DNA of 64,000 bases from Bacteroidia bacterium (GCA_030158725.1 JAOASJ010000031.1:6504-70503); one strand, 5' to 3'. Positions 1 through 10,516 are shown, numbered from the stretch's first letter. The notes: generated from the sequence alone by a model not told the origin. Translations and numbers: made by a program.

Positions 1-1158
1 TTTGCAGCTTCATAGGCTATCTGCACACTAGGGTAGGCCTGGCCAAGCAAACCCAATAATTCACATTCTTCTTTTAATGCATTTGAATCCAATGCACGAG
101 GTAAATTGGGTTGACAAAAATAGTAGATAGCTTCTTGAGGCAATAATTCTATAACTGGTTTTCTGTCTTTGTCTTTTACCATGCCAAAAACTATATGCAG
201 ATGATTGTATTTTTCTTTTTTAAGTTGTTGTATGACCAGTTTTAATCCATGTGCATTGTGTCCAGTATCAGCAATGGTTAGTGGTTTTTGGTTCAGAATT
301 TCCCAACGGCCTCTAAAATGTGTTAAGCCTCGAACATTTTGCAATGCTTTTGCAACGGTGTAATCATTGAATGGCAAGTCCATAGATTTTAAAACTTCTA
401 TGGCTTGCAAAACTGTAACACTATTCTTTTCTTGATAAATCCCCTTTAAGTCAGTCTCTATTTCGGTATTATAAAAACGCACATTGCGGTCTGCAAAGTA
501 AATTGTTGAATTACATGATTGAGCTTTCTCTTCAAAAACAGCATCTGTTTCATTGCTGCTTTCACCAATTACAACAGGAATTTGATTTTTAATAATACCA
601 GCTTTTTCAAAAGCGATTTTTTGGAGTGTATCTCCAAGTAAATCGCTGTGGTCCATTCCTATATTTGTTATAACCGATAGAATTGGATTTATAATATTTG
701 TACTGTCTAAGCGACCGCCAAGTCCCGTTTCAATGATTGCATATTCAATTCCCTGAGAGGCAAAATAATCAAAACACATTGCCACAGTGATTTCGAAAAA
801 AGAAGGTTGTATGCTGTCTAAATGAGGAATTATCTTTTCAGTGAATTCAATTACGAACTGTTCTGAAATCATTTCTCCGTTTACTCTAATCCGTTCTCTA
901 AAATCTTTAAGATGTGGGGAGGTGTATAAACCTGTTTTAAACCCATGAGCTTGAAAAATGGCAGAAAGCATATTGCTCACACTGCCTTTGCCATTAGTGC
1001 CAGCAATATGAATACACTTGAATTTTTCTTGAGGATTCCCTAAGATTTCACAAAGCTTAAGGGTATTGTGTAAGTCTTTTTTTATCGCTGATTTACCATC
1101 CCTAGTAAAATAGGGTAGACGGGCATATAAAAACTCTACAGTTTCTAAATAGGTCATT
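1..1158 (-). CDS. folC: Bifunctional folylpolyglutamate synthase / dihydrofolate synthase. Partial: the C-terminus runs off the window edge.
   Basis: The reverse-strand ORF starts with ATG at 1156-1158 (MTYLETVEFLYARLPYF...). It contains the Mur-ligase P-loop HIAGTNGKGS and reaches coordinate 1 without a stop, which is why the ORF track omits it. Confidence 0.75.
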
Positions 1159-1172
1159 AATAAAGTAAACTG

Positions 1173-1931
1173 TTATTTTAATTTGAATGTAAAGGTGATA
1201 GTTCCTTCTACACTTACAGGATTATTGGCTGCGTTAAAACTAGAACTTCTTAAATAGTTGATGGCTACATTTTCCAAGCAATCTGATGCTCTAGACAATG
1301 GACTGATGTTGTCATAACGAATTTTACCATCAGGTAAAAGTGTTACTTCTAAAACCACTTTACCTTCTTCGTTGCAAGTGTTTTTACCATTACCCAATCT
1401 AAAACTTCTGCCGCTAAATGAGTGTGTAGTTCCTGTTCCACCTCCACCAGTTCCTCCAACTTGACCTTTAGGGTCACCACCATTTATTCCTTTAGGGTCA
1501 CCTTGTGGTCCTAATTTATCACCATCGCCTGAATTTTGTTGCTTTTGAGTGCTTTTACCTTTGTTCAATGCAGCTAATGCATCATCAACTGGCTTAGGTT
1601 TATCTGTTGGTGTTGCTTGGCTTTTCCCTTTAGTTTCACTTGCTTTTTTTGTTGCTACGGCATCTGCATCCGTTGTTTGCTCATCTGCTTCTGCCGAGGC
1701 TGGAGTACTTGCTGAACTCGCTTCACTTTCTGCTGAAATTGGAATTAATTCTGGACCACCATTGTCTGGTTCTCCCAAACTTACTGCAACTGCTCCCAAA
1801 TCAGGCTCCTTTGGTACTTCCAATTCGTAATGGAAATTATAAAGCCAAAATATTAGGAACATTCCAAAACAAATTAATGCAGTGGATGTGCCTGAAATAA
1901 ATTTGTTTTTCTTTTCGTTTTTTAAGTCCAT
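1173..1931 (-). CDS. TonB family energy transducer.
   Basis: It has an N-terminal TM anchor, a long Pro/Ala/Glu/Lys-rich low-complexity linker and a C-terminal TonB-like beta domain (GKVVLEVTLLPDGKI...VEGTITFTFKL). Confidence 0.55.
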   Translation of the reverse strand: MDLKNEKKNKFISGTSTALICFGMFLIFWLYNFHYELEVPKEPDLGAVAVSLGEPDNGGPELIPISAESEASSASTPASAEADEQTTDADAVATKKASETKGKSQATPTDKPKPVDDALAALNKGKSTQKQQNSGDGDKLGPQGDPKGINGGDPKGQVGGTGGGGTGTTHSFSGRSFRLGNGKNTCNEEGKVVLEVTLLPDGKIRYDNISPLSRASDCLENVAINYLRSSSFNAANNPVSVEGTITFTFKLK

Positions 1932-2102
1932 TTCAAAATTGTTTTAAATGATTTAATCTGTAATACCTTTTTAAATCAAAAGGTAAATGAAATTAAATGG
2001 GGTTCTAACAAGTACAAATATCCTAAGATTTTTTAGAACAAGTATTTTGACTTATTCACAGAATCTACTTTAGTAAACGTTTTAGATGGTTTAAAATTGT
2101 AA

Positions 2103-3092
2103 TTATTGTACAATTTTCACTTCATACCACATGCCATTTTGAACAACTTGAACCGATTGGCCTTTTTTAGTCAAATCAGCAGCATGGAAATTGGCATTGC
2201 CTTCCATTCTGTATCTAGCAATTAATTGGTACTTTATTTCACTTGCTGTGTTTTCAATTTCAACACTAGGTGTAGGTTCAACAACTGGGGCAGAAACAAT
2301 TGGTTCTGGACTTGTTTCAACAATAGGCTCTGATTCAACAACTGTGATTTCAGTGCTTGGTGTTTCAATAAGAGCAGCAGTGTCTTCCAGTATTGTATCT
2401 GTTGTAATTGGAGTTTCTATACTTGGAGTAACAACTTCAATAGAAGGTAACACAGATGCTTCTTGAATGGTGCTGGTTTTATTTTCAACACCTAAGTATA
2501 TAAAATGAGCTAGTAATGCAACAGAAGCCGCAACCAACCATGGTTTTAATCCTCTTTTTGGTATCTCTAAAGAAACAATTGGCGTTTTGTCTGCAACTGT
2601 TTCAGAAGTTCTATCCTTTAATTCGCTTGCAATTTCTTCCTTATATTCTGAAATAGAATGAACTTGGTTGATGTTAACTGAACCCAATCCATAACTCTCA
2701 ATTGAAAGGTTGATGTTTGAACTTGGAGCAAACCAAACATTTGATTGTCCTTTGTGAAATGTTCCTAATTTGCCAAATGATTTGTTTGAGTTTAGCTCAA
2801 CTTCATTTCTGATTTTATCAATCTCTGTTTTGCAAAATTCAAGGGCATCATTGTAGTTAAGATTTTCGGATTTTTGAATTTCACTAACCAATAAGCCATC
2901 ATTTTGAATTAAATGTGGATTGAAGAAAATGTGTTTTGCAAATGGTTTAAGTACATCTTTTGACGCATTGAAATTGCAAGGGCTGTCCCTAACTATAAAT
3001 CCACCAAAGTCTGGCAGTATTACGCACTCATGACGGTGTAATAGTTGTTCTACAATTTTCTCTATGCTCGATTTCCTTGTGTACATTTTCAA
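2103..3092 (-). CDS. HU-CCDC81-like / SPOR domain protein, probably septal peptidoglycan-binding.
   Basis: The N-terminus has HU-like duplicated modules (ILPDFGGFIV...). A central TM segment and a Thr/Pro/Glu/Val-rich linker follow. The C-terminus has a SPOR-like domain (YQLIARYRMEGNANFHAADLTKKGQSVQVVQNGMWYEVKI). Confidence 0.45.
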   Translation of the reverse strand: MKMYTRKSSIEKIVEQLLHRHECVILPDFGGFIVRDSPCNFNASKDVLKPFAKHIFFNPHLIQNDGLLVSEIQKSENLNYNDALEFCKTEIDKIRNEVELNSNKSFGKLGTFHKGQSNVWFAPSSNINLSIESYGLGSVNINQVHSISEYKEEIASELKDRTSETVADKTPIVSLEIPKRGLKPWLVAASVALLAHFIYLGVENKTSTIQEASVLPSIEVVTPSIETPITTDTILEDTAALIETPSTEITVVESEPIVETSPEPIVSAPVVEPTPSVEIENTASEIKYQLIARYRMEGNANFHAADLTKKGQSVQVVQNGMWYEVKIVQ

Positions 3093-3184
3093 ACCTCAAA
3101 AATAAACAAAAAAATTAAATTTAAGCGATAATTTTCAAACTTCTGAAAAATATCTAATGTTCTTATTTTACTAATGATTTACCT

Positions 3185-3982
3185 TTATATTTCGAATTCA
3201 TTGTTTTTTTTGTCAATACCAATTCCAAACAAAGCGAAATCGTATTTTACTGGGTCCGATTTGTCGAATTTACGAAGGTTCTGGGTCAATTGTAAAGCTG
3301 TTTTCCAATCGCCTTTTTCTGAATCTATTAAGCCAAGAATATGCGCTTGTTTAATAACGTGCACATCGAGTGGGCAGATTAATTGACTAGGGGAGATGGA
3401 ATTCCAAATTCCGAAATCTACTCCGTATTTATCTTTTCTGACCATCCATCGTAAATACATATTTAATCTTTTACAAGCACTTCCGCCATCTGGATAGGCA
3501 ATATGCTTTTTGGTTCTATTGATGAAAAACTCACTTTCCTCGTAAGACAATCGGAATCCATTTAAGGCTTTTTCTATGGTTTTATCTTTGGAATTAATGT
3601 GCTTTGAAAAACTGTATTCCAAGCCTTCTCCACTTAAATAAAGCGATTTTATAAAGGCTATCAATGACAACAAATCTTCTTCATTAAAAGTTCTATGAAC
3701 AAATCCCAAGCATTTTTTCAAATCGGTTTCGCTGTGATTTATAATAAAGTCATGGGGCGAATGGTCAAATATTTCAATTAGTTTCTCTCCACTATTAATA
3801 ATTGATTTACGCTGCCCCCATGCTATTATGGCTATGAAAAATGCAATGATTTCAATGTCCTCTTTTTTCTTAAACCTATGCGGAATCGAAATAGGATCAT
3901 CCTTAATAAATCCCATTTGATTAAATTGTTCATGTTTAGAATCCAAAAAGGCTTTTAAATTTTTCATTTTTTGAATCAGCAA
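3185..3982 (-). CDS. TIGR02757 (DUF2400) family protein of unknown function.
   Basis: A 265-aa soluble protein with the general features of the conserved Bacteroidetes DUF2400 family. The call rests on overall resemblance only. Confidence 0.4.
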   Translation of the reverse strand: MLIQKMKNLKAFLDSKHEQFNQMGFIKDDPISIPHRFKKKEDIEIIAFFIAIIAWGQRKSIINSGEKLIEIFDHSPHDFIINHSETDLKKCLGFVHRTFNEEDLLSLIAFIKSLYLSGEGLEYSFSKHINSKDKTIEKALNGFRLSYEESEFFINRTKKHIAYPDGGSACKRLNMYLRWMVRKDKYGVDFGIWNSISPSQLICPLDVHVIKQAHILGLIDSEKGDWKTALQLTQNLRKFDKSDPVKYDFALFGIGIDKKNNEFEI

Positions 3983-4106
3983 ATATATTGAACTTACTTA
4001 ATCCTTAGGCATTTCAAACCACAGATTTAGATATTGGACATATATTTATAAATGGTTAATATCCTTTTGCTCGGTTTATTGATAAGTTTCTTTTTTTTAT
4101 GTTCCT

Positions 4107-4523
4107 TTGCCTCCAATGAATCACTGGCTTTTGAAATCTGAACCCGTTAAATATTCTTGGGATCAAATGCTGAAAGACAAAAAAACTTTTTGGGATGGAG
4201 TGCGCAATTATCAAGCTCGCAACAACCTTAGAGAAATGAAAAAAGGCGACCTTTGTCTGTATTACCATAGCAATGATGGAAAAGAAGTTGTTGGTATTGT
4301 TAAGGTGGTAAAAGAGTTCTACCAAGATCCAACCACAGATGATAGCAATTGGGTAGTAGTAGATGTAGCGCCTTTTAAGTCATTGAAAAAACCTGTTACT
4401 TTAGAAACAATTAAAGCGGACAAGCGCTTAGAAAATATTGGTTTGGTTAGACAAGGCCGTTTAAGTGTTATGAAATTAACGGCACATGAGTTTGATGTAA
4501 TTTTAGAACTATCTGAAGCTTAA
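4107..4523 (+). CDS. EVE (PUA-like) domain protein.
   Basis: 138 aa with a typical EVE signature (NHWLLKSEPVKYSWDQMLKD...GDLCLYYHSNDGKEVVGIVKVVKEFYQDPT). Its stop overlaps the pyrR start (TAATG). Confidence 0.7.
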   Translation: MPPMNHWLLKSEPVKYSWDQMLKDKKTFWDGVRNYQARNNLREMKKGDLCLYYHSNDGKEVVGIVKVVKEFYQDPTTDDSNWVVVDVAPFKSLKKPVTLETIKADKRLENIGLVRQGRLSVMKLTAHEFDVILELSEA

Positions 4524-5056
4524 TGGAAGAAAAACTATTATATGACCACCAAAAACTCAATGCTACAATCAACCGATTGGCATATGAATTAATTGAAAAT
4601 CATGAGCAGTTTGCCAACACAGCAATAATTGGTTTGCAACCTAGAGGTGTTCTTTTGGCTAGAATAATTAGACAAAGGGTTGAAGAAATTATTCAATGTA
4701 AAATTAAATACGGCGAATTAGATATAACATTTTTTAGAGACGATTATAGAACCAATGACAAACAGTTGGTGGCAAGTCCTATTCACATTCCTTTCAGTAC
4801 TGAAAATTTAAACATCATTTTAATTGATGATGTTTTGTATACAGGAAGAAGTATCAGAAGTGCTATGGATGCTTTAGTTGGATTTGGTAGACCAGCCAAA
4901 ATTGAGCTGTGTGTTTTAATAGACCGCAAATTTAACCGTGAAAATCCCGTTGCCCCAGATTATGTTGGAAAAACGGTAGATACACGCGGCCATGGTCAAA
5001 AAGTAAAAGTAGAGTGGGAAGAGAAAAATTATAAAGTTTGGTTGATTAACGAATGA
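4523..5056 (+). CDS. pyrR: Bifunctional pyr operon regulator / uracil phosphoribosyltransferase PyrR.
   Basis: 177 aa with the PRTase motif IILIDDVLYTGRSIRSAMDAL. Immediately followed by pyrB with a 4-nt overlap. Confidence 0.85.
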   Translation: MEEKLLYDHQKLNATINRLAYELIENHEQFANTAIIGLQPRGVLLARIIRQRVEEIIQCKIKYGELDITFFRDDYRTNDKQLVASPIHIPFSTENLNIILIDDVLYTGRSIRSAMDALVGFGRPAKIELCVLIDRKFNRENPVAPDYVGKTVDTRGHGQKVKVEWEEKNYKVWLINE

Positions 5057-5982
5057 CACAATTATCTGTAAAACATCTTTTAGGCATTAAAGATCTCAAA
5101 GAAGAGGATATCCAACTTATTTTTGAGACTGCTGATAATTTTAAAACGATTATCAACCGACCAATTAAAAAAGTTCCTTCTCTTAGAGATATCACCGTTG
5201 CTAATTTATTCTTTGAAAATTCAACCCGTACTAGAATATCTTTTGAATTAGCCCAAAAACGTTTAAGTGCCGATACCATTAATTTTGCTTCATCATCTTC
5301 TTCTGTTTCAAAAGGGGAAACCCTAATAGATACCGTGAAGAATATATTAAGCATGAAGGTTGATATGGTTGTCATGCGTCACCCAAGTCCAGGTGCTTGT
5401 ATATTTCTTGCCAAACACATTGATGCTACAATATTAAATGCAGGTGATGGAACCCACGAACATCCAACCCAAGCTTTGTTAGATGCCTATTCTATCAAAG
5501 AATCATGTGGTGATGTTGCAGGTAAAAAAGTTGCCATAGTTGGAGATATTCTTCACAGCCGTGTGGCCTTATCAAATATTTATTGCCTTCAAAAATTAGG
5601 CGCTGAAGTTATGGTCTGCGGTCCTAGCACCTTAATTCCTCGTCATATTGAACAACTAGGTGTAAAGGTTGAACACAATTTAAGAAAAGCTCTTGAATGG
5701 TGTGATGTTGCCAACATGCTTAGAATTCAATTAGAAAGACAAGATATTAAATATTTCCCAAGTCTAAGAGAATACAGCATGCAATACGGTCTTACTCTCG
5801 ATTTATTAGACAGCATAGGGAAAGATATTACCATAATGCACCCAGGTCCAATTAATAGAGGTGTAGAAATTACCAGCGAAGTTGCTGATAGCGACTATAG
5901 CATCATACTTGATCAAGTAGAAAATGGTGTAGCAATTAGAATGGCTTGCATGTTCTTGCTAGCCAACCACAAAGATTCATAA
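5053..5982 (+). CDS. pyrB: Aspartate carbamoyltransferase catalytic subunit.
   Basis: Carries the STRTR carbamoyl-phosphate-binding motif, the HPTQ motif and the HPGP/NRG motifs. 309 aa. Confidence 0.9.
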   Translation: MTQLSVKHLLGIKDLKEEDIQLIFETADNFKTIINRPIKKVPSLRDITVANLFFENSTRTRISFELAQKRLSADTINFASSSSSVSKGETLIDTVKNILSMKVDMVVMRHPSPGACIFLAKHIDATILNAGDGTHEHPTQALLDAYSIKESCGDVAGKKVAIVGDILHSRVALSNIYCLQKLGAEVMVCGPSTLIPRHIEQLGVKVEHNLRKALEWCDVANMLRIQLERQDIKYFPSLREYSMQYGLTLDLLDSIGKDITIMHPGPINRGVEITSEVADSDYSIILDQVENGVAIRMACMFLLANHKDS

Positions 5983-5986
5983 ATTC

Positions 5987-7006
5987 ATGAGCAATCCGAT
6001 ATTAGTAGAAGTTACCAGAGGAGGCGTTTTAGAAAGTTTCCATAGAGGCGTTATTTGTATTGTTAATCAAGATAATAAAATCATCTATTCTGTAGGGGAT
6101 ACCCAACAAATTTGCTTTCCTAGATCTGCCCTTAAATTTTTTCAGCAAATTCCTCTTTTATGTTCTGGTGCTGTTGAACATTTTGGTTTTACAGAACAAG
6201 AAATTGCCCTGTTTTGTGGCTCCCACAATGGTGAACATAAACACGTTGATACAGTTAGATCTATTTTGAATAAAATTGGTTTAGACGAATCTTACCTTTT
6301 ATGCGGCCCCCAAATGCCAACACTTAAGGATGATCAAGTTGAACTAATTAAAGGTGATTTAAAACCTTTACGCATTCACAACAATTGCTCTGGTAAACAC
6401 GCTGGCTTTTTGGCTTATTGTGTTTACAGAAATTGGCCTGTAGAAAATTACATTGATCCGAACCACCCTTTACATTTAGAAATTCTTGATGTCATATCTG
6501 AATTTCATGAATATCCTAAAGAGAATATACAACAAGGTATTGATGGCTGTTCTGCTCCAATATTTGCATTCCCAGTTTATAATCAAGCCATAGCTTATAA
6601 AAATTTAATTTACCCAAATAAATTCAGCGAGTCTGTTCAAAAAGCTTGTAAAACCATGGTAGATGCAATTGTCAATTACCCAGAAATGATTGCTGGTGAG
6701 AAAAGATATTGCACCGATTTAATGCGCCATTCTCAAGGAAAATTAATTGGCAAAACTGGCGCTGATGGAGTATACTCAATTGGCATCAAAGATTTGAACT
6801 TTGGTATCTGTATCAAAGTGGATGATGGAAAAATGGGCCCTCAATACAATATCGCTCAAGCTGTAATCGAACAATTGAACATTTTAAGTCCTGAGTGTAA
6901 TTCTGTTCTTAGACACTATGTAAACCAAGAAAACAAAAATTTTGGTGGTCTATGTACTGGAGAAACTTTGGTTTCTGAAAATGTAAATGTGCTTATTGAA
7001 AACTAA
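5987..7006 (+). CDS. L-asparaginase II family (Rhizobium-type, Asparaginase_II fold) amidohydrolase.
   Basis: 339 aa. The N-terminus LVEVTRGGVLESFHRG and the GSHNGEH and CSGKHAG motifs are typical of the Asparaginase_II family. It starts 4 nt after the pyrB stop. Confidence 0.6.
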   Translation: MSNPILVEVTRGGVLESFHRGVICIVNQDNKIIYSVGDTQQICFPRSALKFFQQIPLLCSGAVEHFGFTEQEIALFCGSHNGEHKHVDTVRSILNKIGLDESYLLCGPQMPTLKDDQVELIKGDLKPLRIHNNCSGKHAGFLAYCVYRNWPVENYIDPNHPLHLEILDVISEFHEYPKENIQQGIDGCSAPIFAFPVYNQAIAYKNLIYPNKFSESVQKACKTMVDAIVNYPEMIAGEKRYCTDLMRHSQGKLIGKTGADGVYSIGIKDLNFGICIKVDDGKMGPQYNIAQAVIEQLNILSPECNSVLRHYVNQENKNFGGLCTGETLVSENVNVLIEN

Positions 7007-7820
7007 GCAATCCTAAGGATTTAAATACCTTATAAACGACATCCTTGCGGTCTTGAAATAATTTCTTCGAGCTTTTTTCATTTGGAAAAACAAGATTCGC
7101 AAAGTAATATACATTGTCTTTGGTCTCAAAATAACCAACATACCAAGCGACTTCAGGGTTTTGGGTAGCACTCCATCCCGTTTTTGCCCTTAACTTATAC
7201 TCGCTTGTACTGTCTGCCAACATTATGTTTTCACAAAGGCGTATTGTGCGTTCAGATAACGGCAATTGACGGGTATGCAAACGTCTTAAAAAATCAATCT
7301 CTTGCATAGGACTTATACGCATGCCTCCCGTTAACCAATACAAATCAACACCTCCACTTGTGTCCATATTTCCATATTGCATTTTATCTAATAGCTCTTT
7401 CATTTTATTAGACCCCATGCGCCTAGCAAGTTCTTGGTAATACCAAACAGTTGAGTTTTGAAAAGCCATTTTTAAAGTATGGTCCTTACTCCAGTTGGGT
7501 GACCAACGTTCAATACTGTCCCATTTTATTTCGAAATTTTCATCCGTTGCAGTTCCAGTTTCTAAGGCCATTAAGGTAGTAGGTATTTTAAATGTAGATG
7601 CCGGTGTAAAGACTTTATTTAACGTGCTGCTATCGTAAAGGTAGTAGGTTTTGTTCTTTGTATCGTATATAACCATACTGCCTTTAGTGTTTATACTGTC
7701 GTAAAAATTTTTAAAATCAACAAGTTTAATCTTGTCTTTGTCCTTAGTGATAAAAGCTGAAATAAGAATACATGCAAACATCAAGAATGCTATTCTTTTG
7801 GTAGTTTTAAAACCGTTCAT
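6993..7820 (-). CDS. Class D (OXA-type) beta-lactamase.
   Basis: Signal peptide followed by the STFK (S-x-x-K) active site, the YGN motif and KTGWSA (KTG), plus WYVGY. 275 aa, typical OXA architecture. Confidence 0.85.
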   Translation of the reverse strand: MNGFKTTKRIAFLMFACILISAFITKDKDKIKLVDFKNFYDSINTKGSMVIYDTKNKTYYLYDSSTLNKVFTPASTFKIPTTLMALETGTATDENFEIKWDSIERWSPNWSKDHTLKMAFQNSTVWYYQELARRMGSNKMKELLDKMQYGNMDTSGGVDLYWLTGGMRISPMQEIDFLRRLHTRQLPLSERTIRLCENIMLADSTSEYKLRAKTGWSATQNPEVAWYVGYFETKDNVYYFANLVFPNEKSSKKLFQDRKDVVYKVFKSLGLLSFQ

Positions 7821-7824
7821 TGAA

Positions 7825-8760
7825 TTATTGATTGTATATTGTTTTACCTATTTGCTCAATAGCTATGTTGTAAAAAGGTGTTTTTAACCCAAGATTCTGA
7901 GATTCTTTGACAACAAATTCACTAAGCGTTTCAATTTCACTTGCTTTTCCCAAAGTATAATCTCTATGCATACTAGAAGAACTACCATCAGGTAATTTTA
8001 AAAACTGTTGCCAATGCTGTTCTACAATATCTTCGGGTAGTTTGATTTTCATTGCCTTTGATAATGTATAAACTTCATACATCATGGCCTTTAATGCCTT
8101 TGAATGTTCTGCATTCTCAACGATTTCTTTTTTTGTCAAATTGTAGGCGGAGGTATAGGTGGCAATAGGGGAGATGAAAGTAAATTTACGCCAAATGTTC
8201 TCTTCTATATTGTCTACACAAAATGCATTTATATGGGCCTCTTTAAGTAATTTCTCGAGTTCAAATAAGCGTTCTGTGTTGCTTTCAATATGGCCAAAAT
8301 AAACCGAATGAGATTTACTCTCCATTAATATTTGTGCCGGAGCTTCTAGTTTGCTGACTATGTAAATGAAAGCTGCACACAGAATTGAATTAGGAAATTT
8401 ACGTTTCAAAACTTCACTATGGCTGATGCCATTTAGCAAAGGCATTATTATCGTTTGTTCACTGACAGAGTTTGATATGGTATCGCATAAGGATTCTAAA
8501 TCATAACTTTTACAGGCTATAATCACCGCATCCATTTTAGGAAATGCATTGCAATTGTCAGCAGCCATAAATGGTTTAACCAAACAAGTACCTTCAGGTT
8601 CTATTAATTCTAGTCCATCACTTAATATCTTCTCAAGGTTTTTACCCCTGCATAAAAAGTATATTTCTAAATCGTTATTGGTTTCAGAATACTTGGCCAA
8701 TTTTGCGCCAATAAAGCCACCAACACCGCCAATACCAGCAACTAATATTTTTGTTTTCAT
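7825..8760 (-). CDS. panE: 2-dehydropantoate 2-reductase (ketopantoate reductase, ApbA/PanE family).
   Basis: N-terminal Rossmann motif ILVAGIGGVGGFIGAKLA. 311 aa. The ApbA C-terminal domain layout is present. Confidence 0.7.
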   Translation of the reverse strand: MKTKILVAGIGGVGGFIGAKLAKYSETNNDLEIYFLCRGKNLEKILSDGLELIEPEGTCLVKPFMAADNCNAFPKMDAVIIACKSYDLESLCDTISNSVSEQTIIMPLLNGISHSEVLKRKFPNSILCAAFIYIVSKLEAPAQILMESKSHSVYFGHIESNTERLFELEKLLKEAHINAFCVDNIEENIWRKFTFISPIATYTSAYNLTKKEIVENAEHSKALKAMMYEVYTLSKAMKIKLPEDIVEQHWQQFLKLPDGSSSSMHRDYTLGKASEIETLSEFVVKESQNLGLKTPFYNIAIEQIGKTIYNQ

Positions 8761-9317
8761 ATGTTAAATGGTTTAAAATCGAAATCTGATTTTAAAACAG
8801 AATAATGCACCGAATCAAGAAATTGGCCATCAAAATAACAATCTTCTCTGAAGTGTCCTTCTTTTGTAAATCCATTTGCTTGTAACAGCTTAATGCTTGC
8901 TTGATTTGCTGGATCAACAACAGCGGCAATGGAATTTAAATTTAAATGAGCAAAACCAAAGTGCATCAAGGGTTTTAATATTTCTCTCATAACACCTTTT
9001 TTATGTTCTGGTTTGTTTAAAATATAGCCTATTTCTGCTCTGTAATTTTCTTGTTGCATGCGCACATAACCAATGATTCCAATTAGTTTTGTTTCGTTTT
9101 TATAGGTAATTCCCCAATTCACACTATCATTTTCATTAAATCCCTTTTGCAATCTATGGATATGCATCAATGCCTCTTCTTTTAGTTTGCAAATTGGCCT
9201 AGGAATAAATCTCATGAGCTCAGGATTTGAACGCATTTCAAAAACTTCATCTACATCTGTATCCTTTATCTCTCTTAAATAAAATCGTTCTGTTTCTATA
9301 ACGGGAAATGCTCTCAT
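8757..9317 (-). CDS. GNAT family N-acetyltransferase (RimJ/RimL-like).
   Basis: 186 aa with a GNAT fold pattern and an acetyl-CoA-binding region (NLNSIAAVVDPANQASIKLLQANGFTKEG). Confidence 0.7.
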   Translation of the reverse strand: MRAFPVIETERFYLREIKDTDVDEVFEMRSNPELMRFIPRPICKLKEEALMHIHRLQKGFNENDSVNWGITYKNETKLIGIIGYVRMQQENYRAEIGYILNKPEHKKGVMREILKPLMHFGFAHLNLNSIAAVVDPANQASIKLLQANGFTKEGHFREDCYFDGQFLDSVHYSVLKSDFDFKPFNI

Positions 9318-9337
9318 CTAGTTTGTTTTTTACTAAT

Positions 9338-10516
9338 TTAGTTTACATTAATTTCAGTTTCAAATTTACACTTTATCATATAGAAAGCGACTAGAATACT
9401 TGATATTCCTGCGAATAAAAATAAAGCATTGGAACCAAACTGCATCCATACTATTCCTGCCAATACACTAGCCAATAAACTAAAAATACTTTGGAAAGCA
9501 GAATAGGTGCCTATTGCTGTACCTGTATCTTCATTCTTACAATTGTTGCTTATCCATGCTTTTGAAATCCCCTCAGTAGCCGCAGAAAACAAACCGTAAA
9601 TTAAAAACAACAAACCCATAATGAAAGGTTGATTGAAAATACCCATGCCCATGTAGACTATTGAAAATAAAATCAACCCAAATATATACATTTTTTTCAA
9701 GCCAATTTTATCAGCCAATAAACCCAAAGGAAAGGCTGCAATGGCATAAATTAAATTATAGAATATATACAGGCCAATTACCCAAGTATCATTCATGCCC
9801 TCTGATTTGGCTTTCATAAGTAGGAAAACATCACTGCTGTTTATTAACGTAAACAATAGCAATCCTTTTATTAATTTGCGGTAGGATATTGAGCTTGTTT
9901 TCCAATAATTTAAAAAGGCAAAAAATGAAACGTTTTTGGATTTAACTTTTTCTGTTTTCTTTTCTTTCAACAATAGAGAGATTAAAACAGCCAAAAGACC
10001 AGGAATTATTGCAAATAAAAAGAGTGTTTTATATGATGCAGGGTGAAAGTATAAATACAATAAACCCAAACCTGGACCAATAACTGCGCCAAGTGTATCC
10101 ATCGATCGGTGAAAACCGAAGACCTTACCTTTGTTTTCTTTGCTTGATTCATTTGATAATATTGCATCGCGCGCACCGGTCCTAATTCCTTTACCTAATC
10201 TGTCCAAAGTGCGCATACAAAACACCCAAAAAGGAAATACAAATACCACCATTAACGGTTTAGAAATTGCACTTAATAGGTAACCGAGACGAACAAAGGG
10301 TAGGCGTTTGCCGGATTCATCCGACCATTTGCCAAAATAGCCTTTACTTAATCCAGCACTTGCCTCAGCTATTCCTTCAAGTAGACCAATAAGAACAATT
10401 GAAAACCCAATTGAATTTAAATACAATGGCATCACTGGGTATAGCAATTCACTTGACATGTCTGTGAAAAGACTTATCAGTGACAGTATCCAAACACTTT
10501 TTGTAATTGCAGACAC
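9338..10516 (-). CDS. MFS transporter.
   Basis: 392 aa with about 12 predicted TM helices and an MFS signature loop (GKWSDESGKRLPF). Confidence 0.75.
   Translation of the reverse strand: MSAITKSVWILSLISLFTDMSSELLYPVMPLYLNSIGFSIVLIGLLEGIAEASAGLSKGYFGKWSDESGKRLPFVRLGYLLSAISKPLMVVFVFPFWVFCMRTLDRLGKGIRTGARDAILSNESSKENKGKVFGFHRSMDTLGAVIGPGLGLLYLYFHPASYKTLFLFAIIPGLLAVLISLLLKEKKTEKVKSKNVSFFAFLNYWKTSSISYRKLIKGLLLFTLINSSDVFLLMKAKSEGMNDTWVIGLYIFYNLIYAIAAFPLGLLADKIGLKKMYIFGLILFSIVYMGMGIFNQPFIMGLLFLIYGLFSAATEGISKAWISNNCKNEDTGTAIGTYSAFQSIFSLLASVLAGIVWMQFGSNALFLFAGISSILVAFYMIKCKFETEINVN

Noticed and set aside
1549-1900. ORFs of 93 and 86 aa on the + strand inside the TonB gene.
   Set aside because: They are antisense to a low-complexity Pro/Ala/Glu-coding linker. 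Their mirror-image composition is an artefact of the repeat-like codon usage, and they have no independent start context.
2191-2466. A 91-aa + strand ORF inside the SPOR/HU-like gene.
   Set aside because: It is antisense to the Thr/Pro/Val-rich linker. Its low-complexity translation is a shadow ORF.
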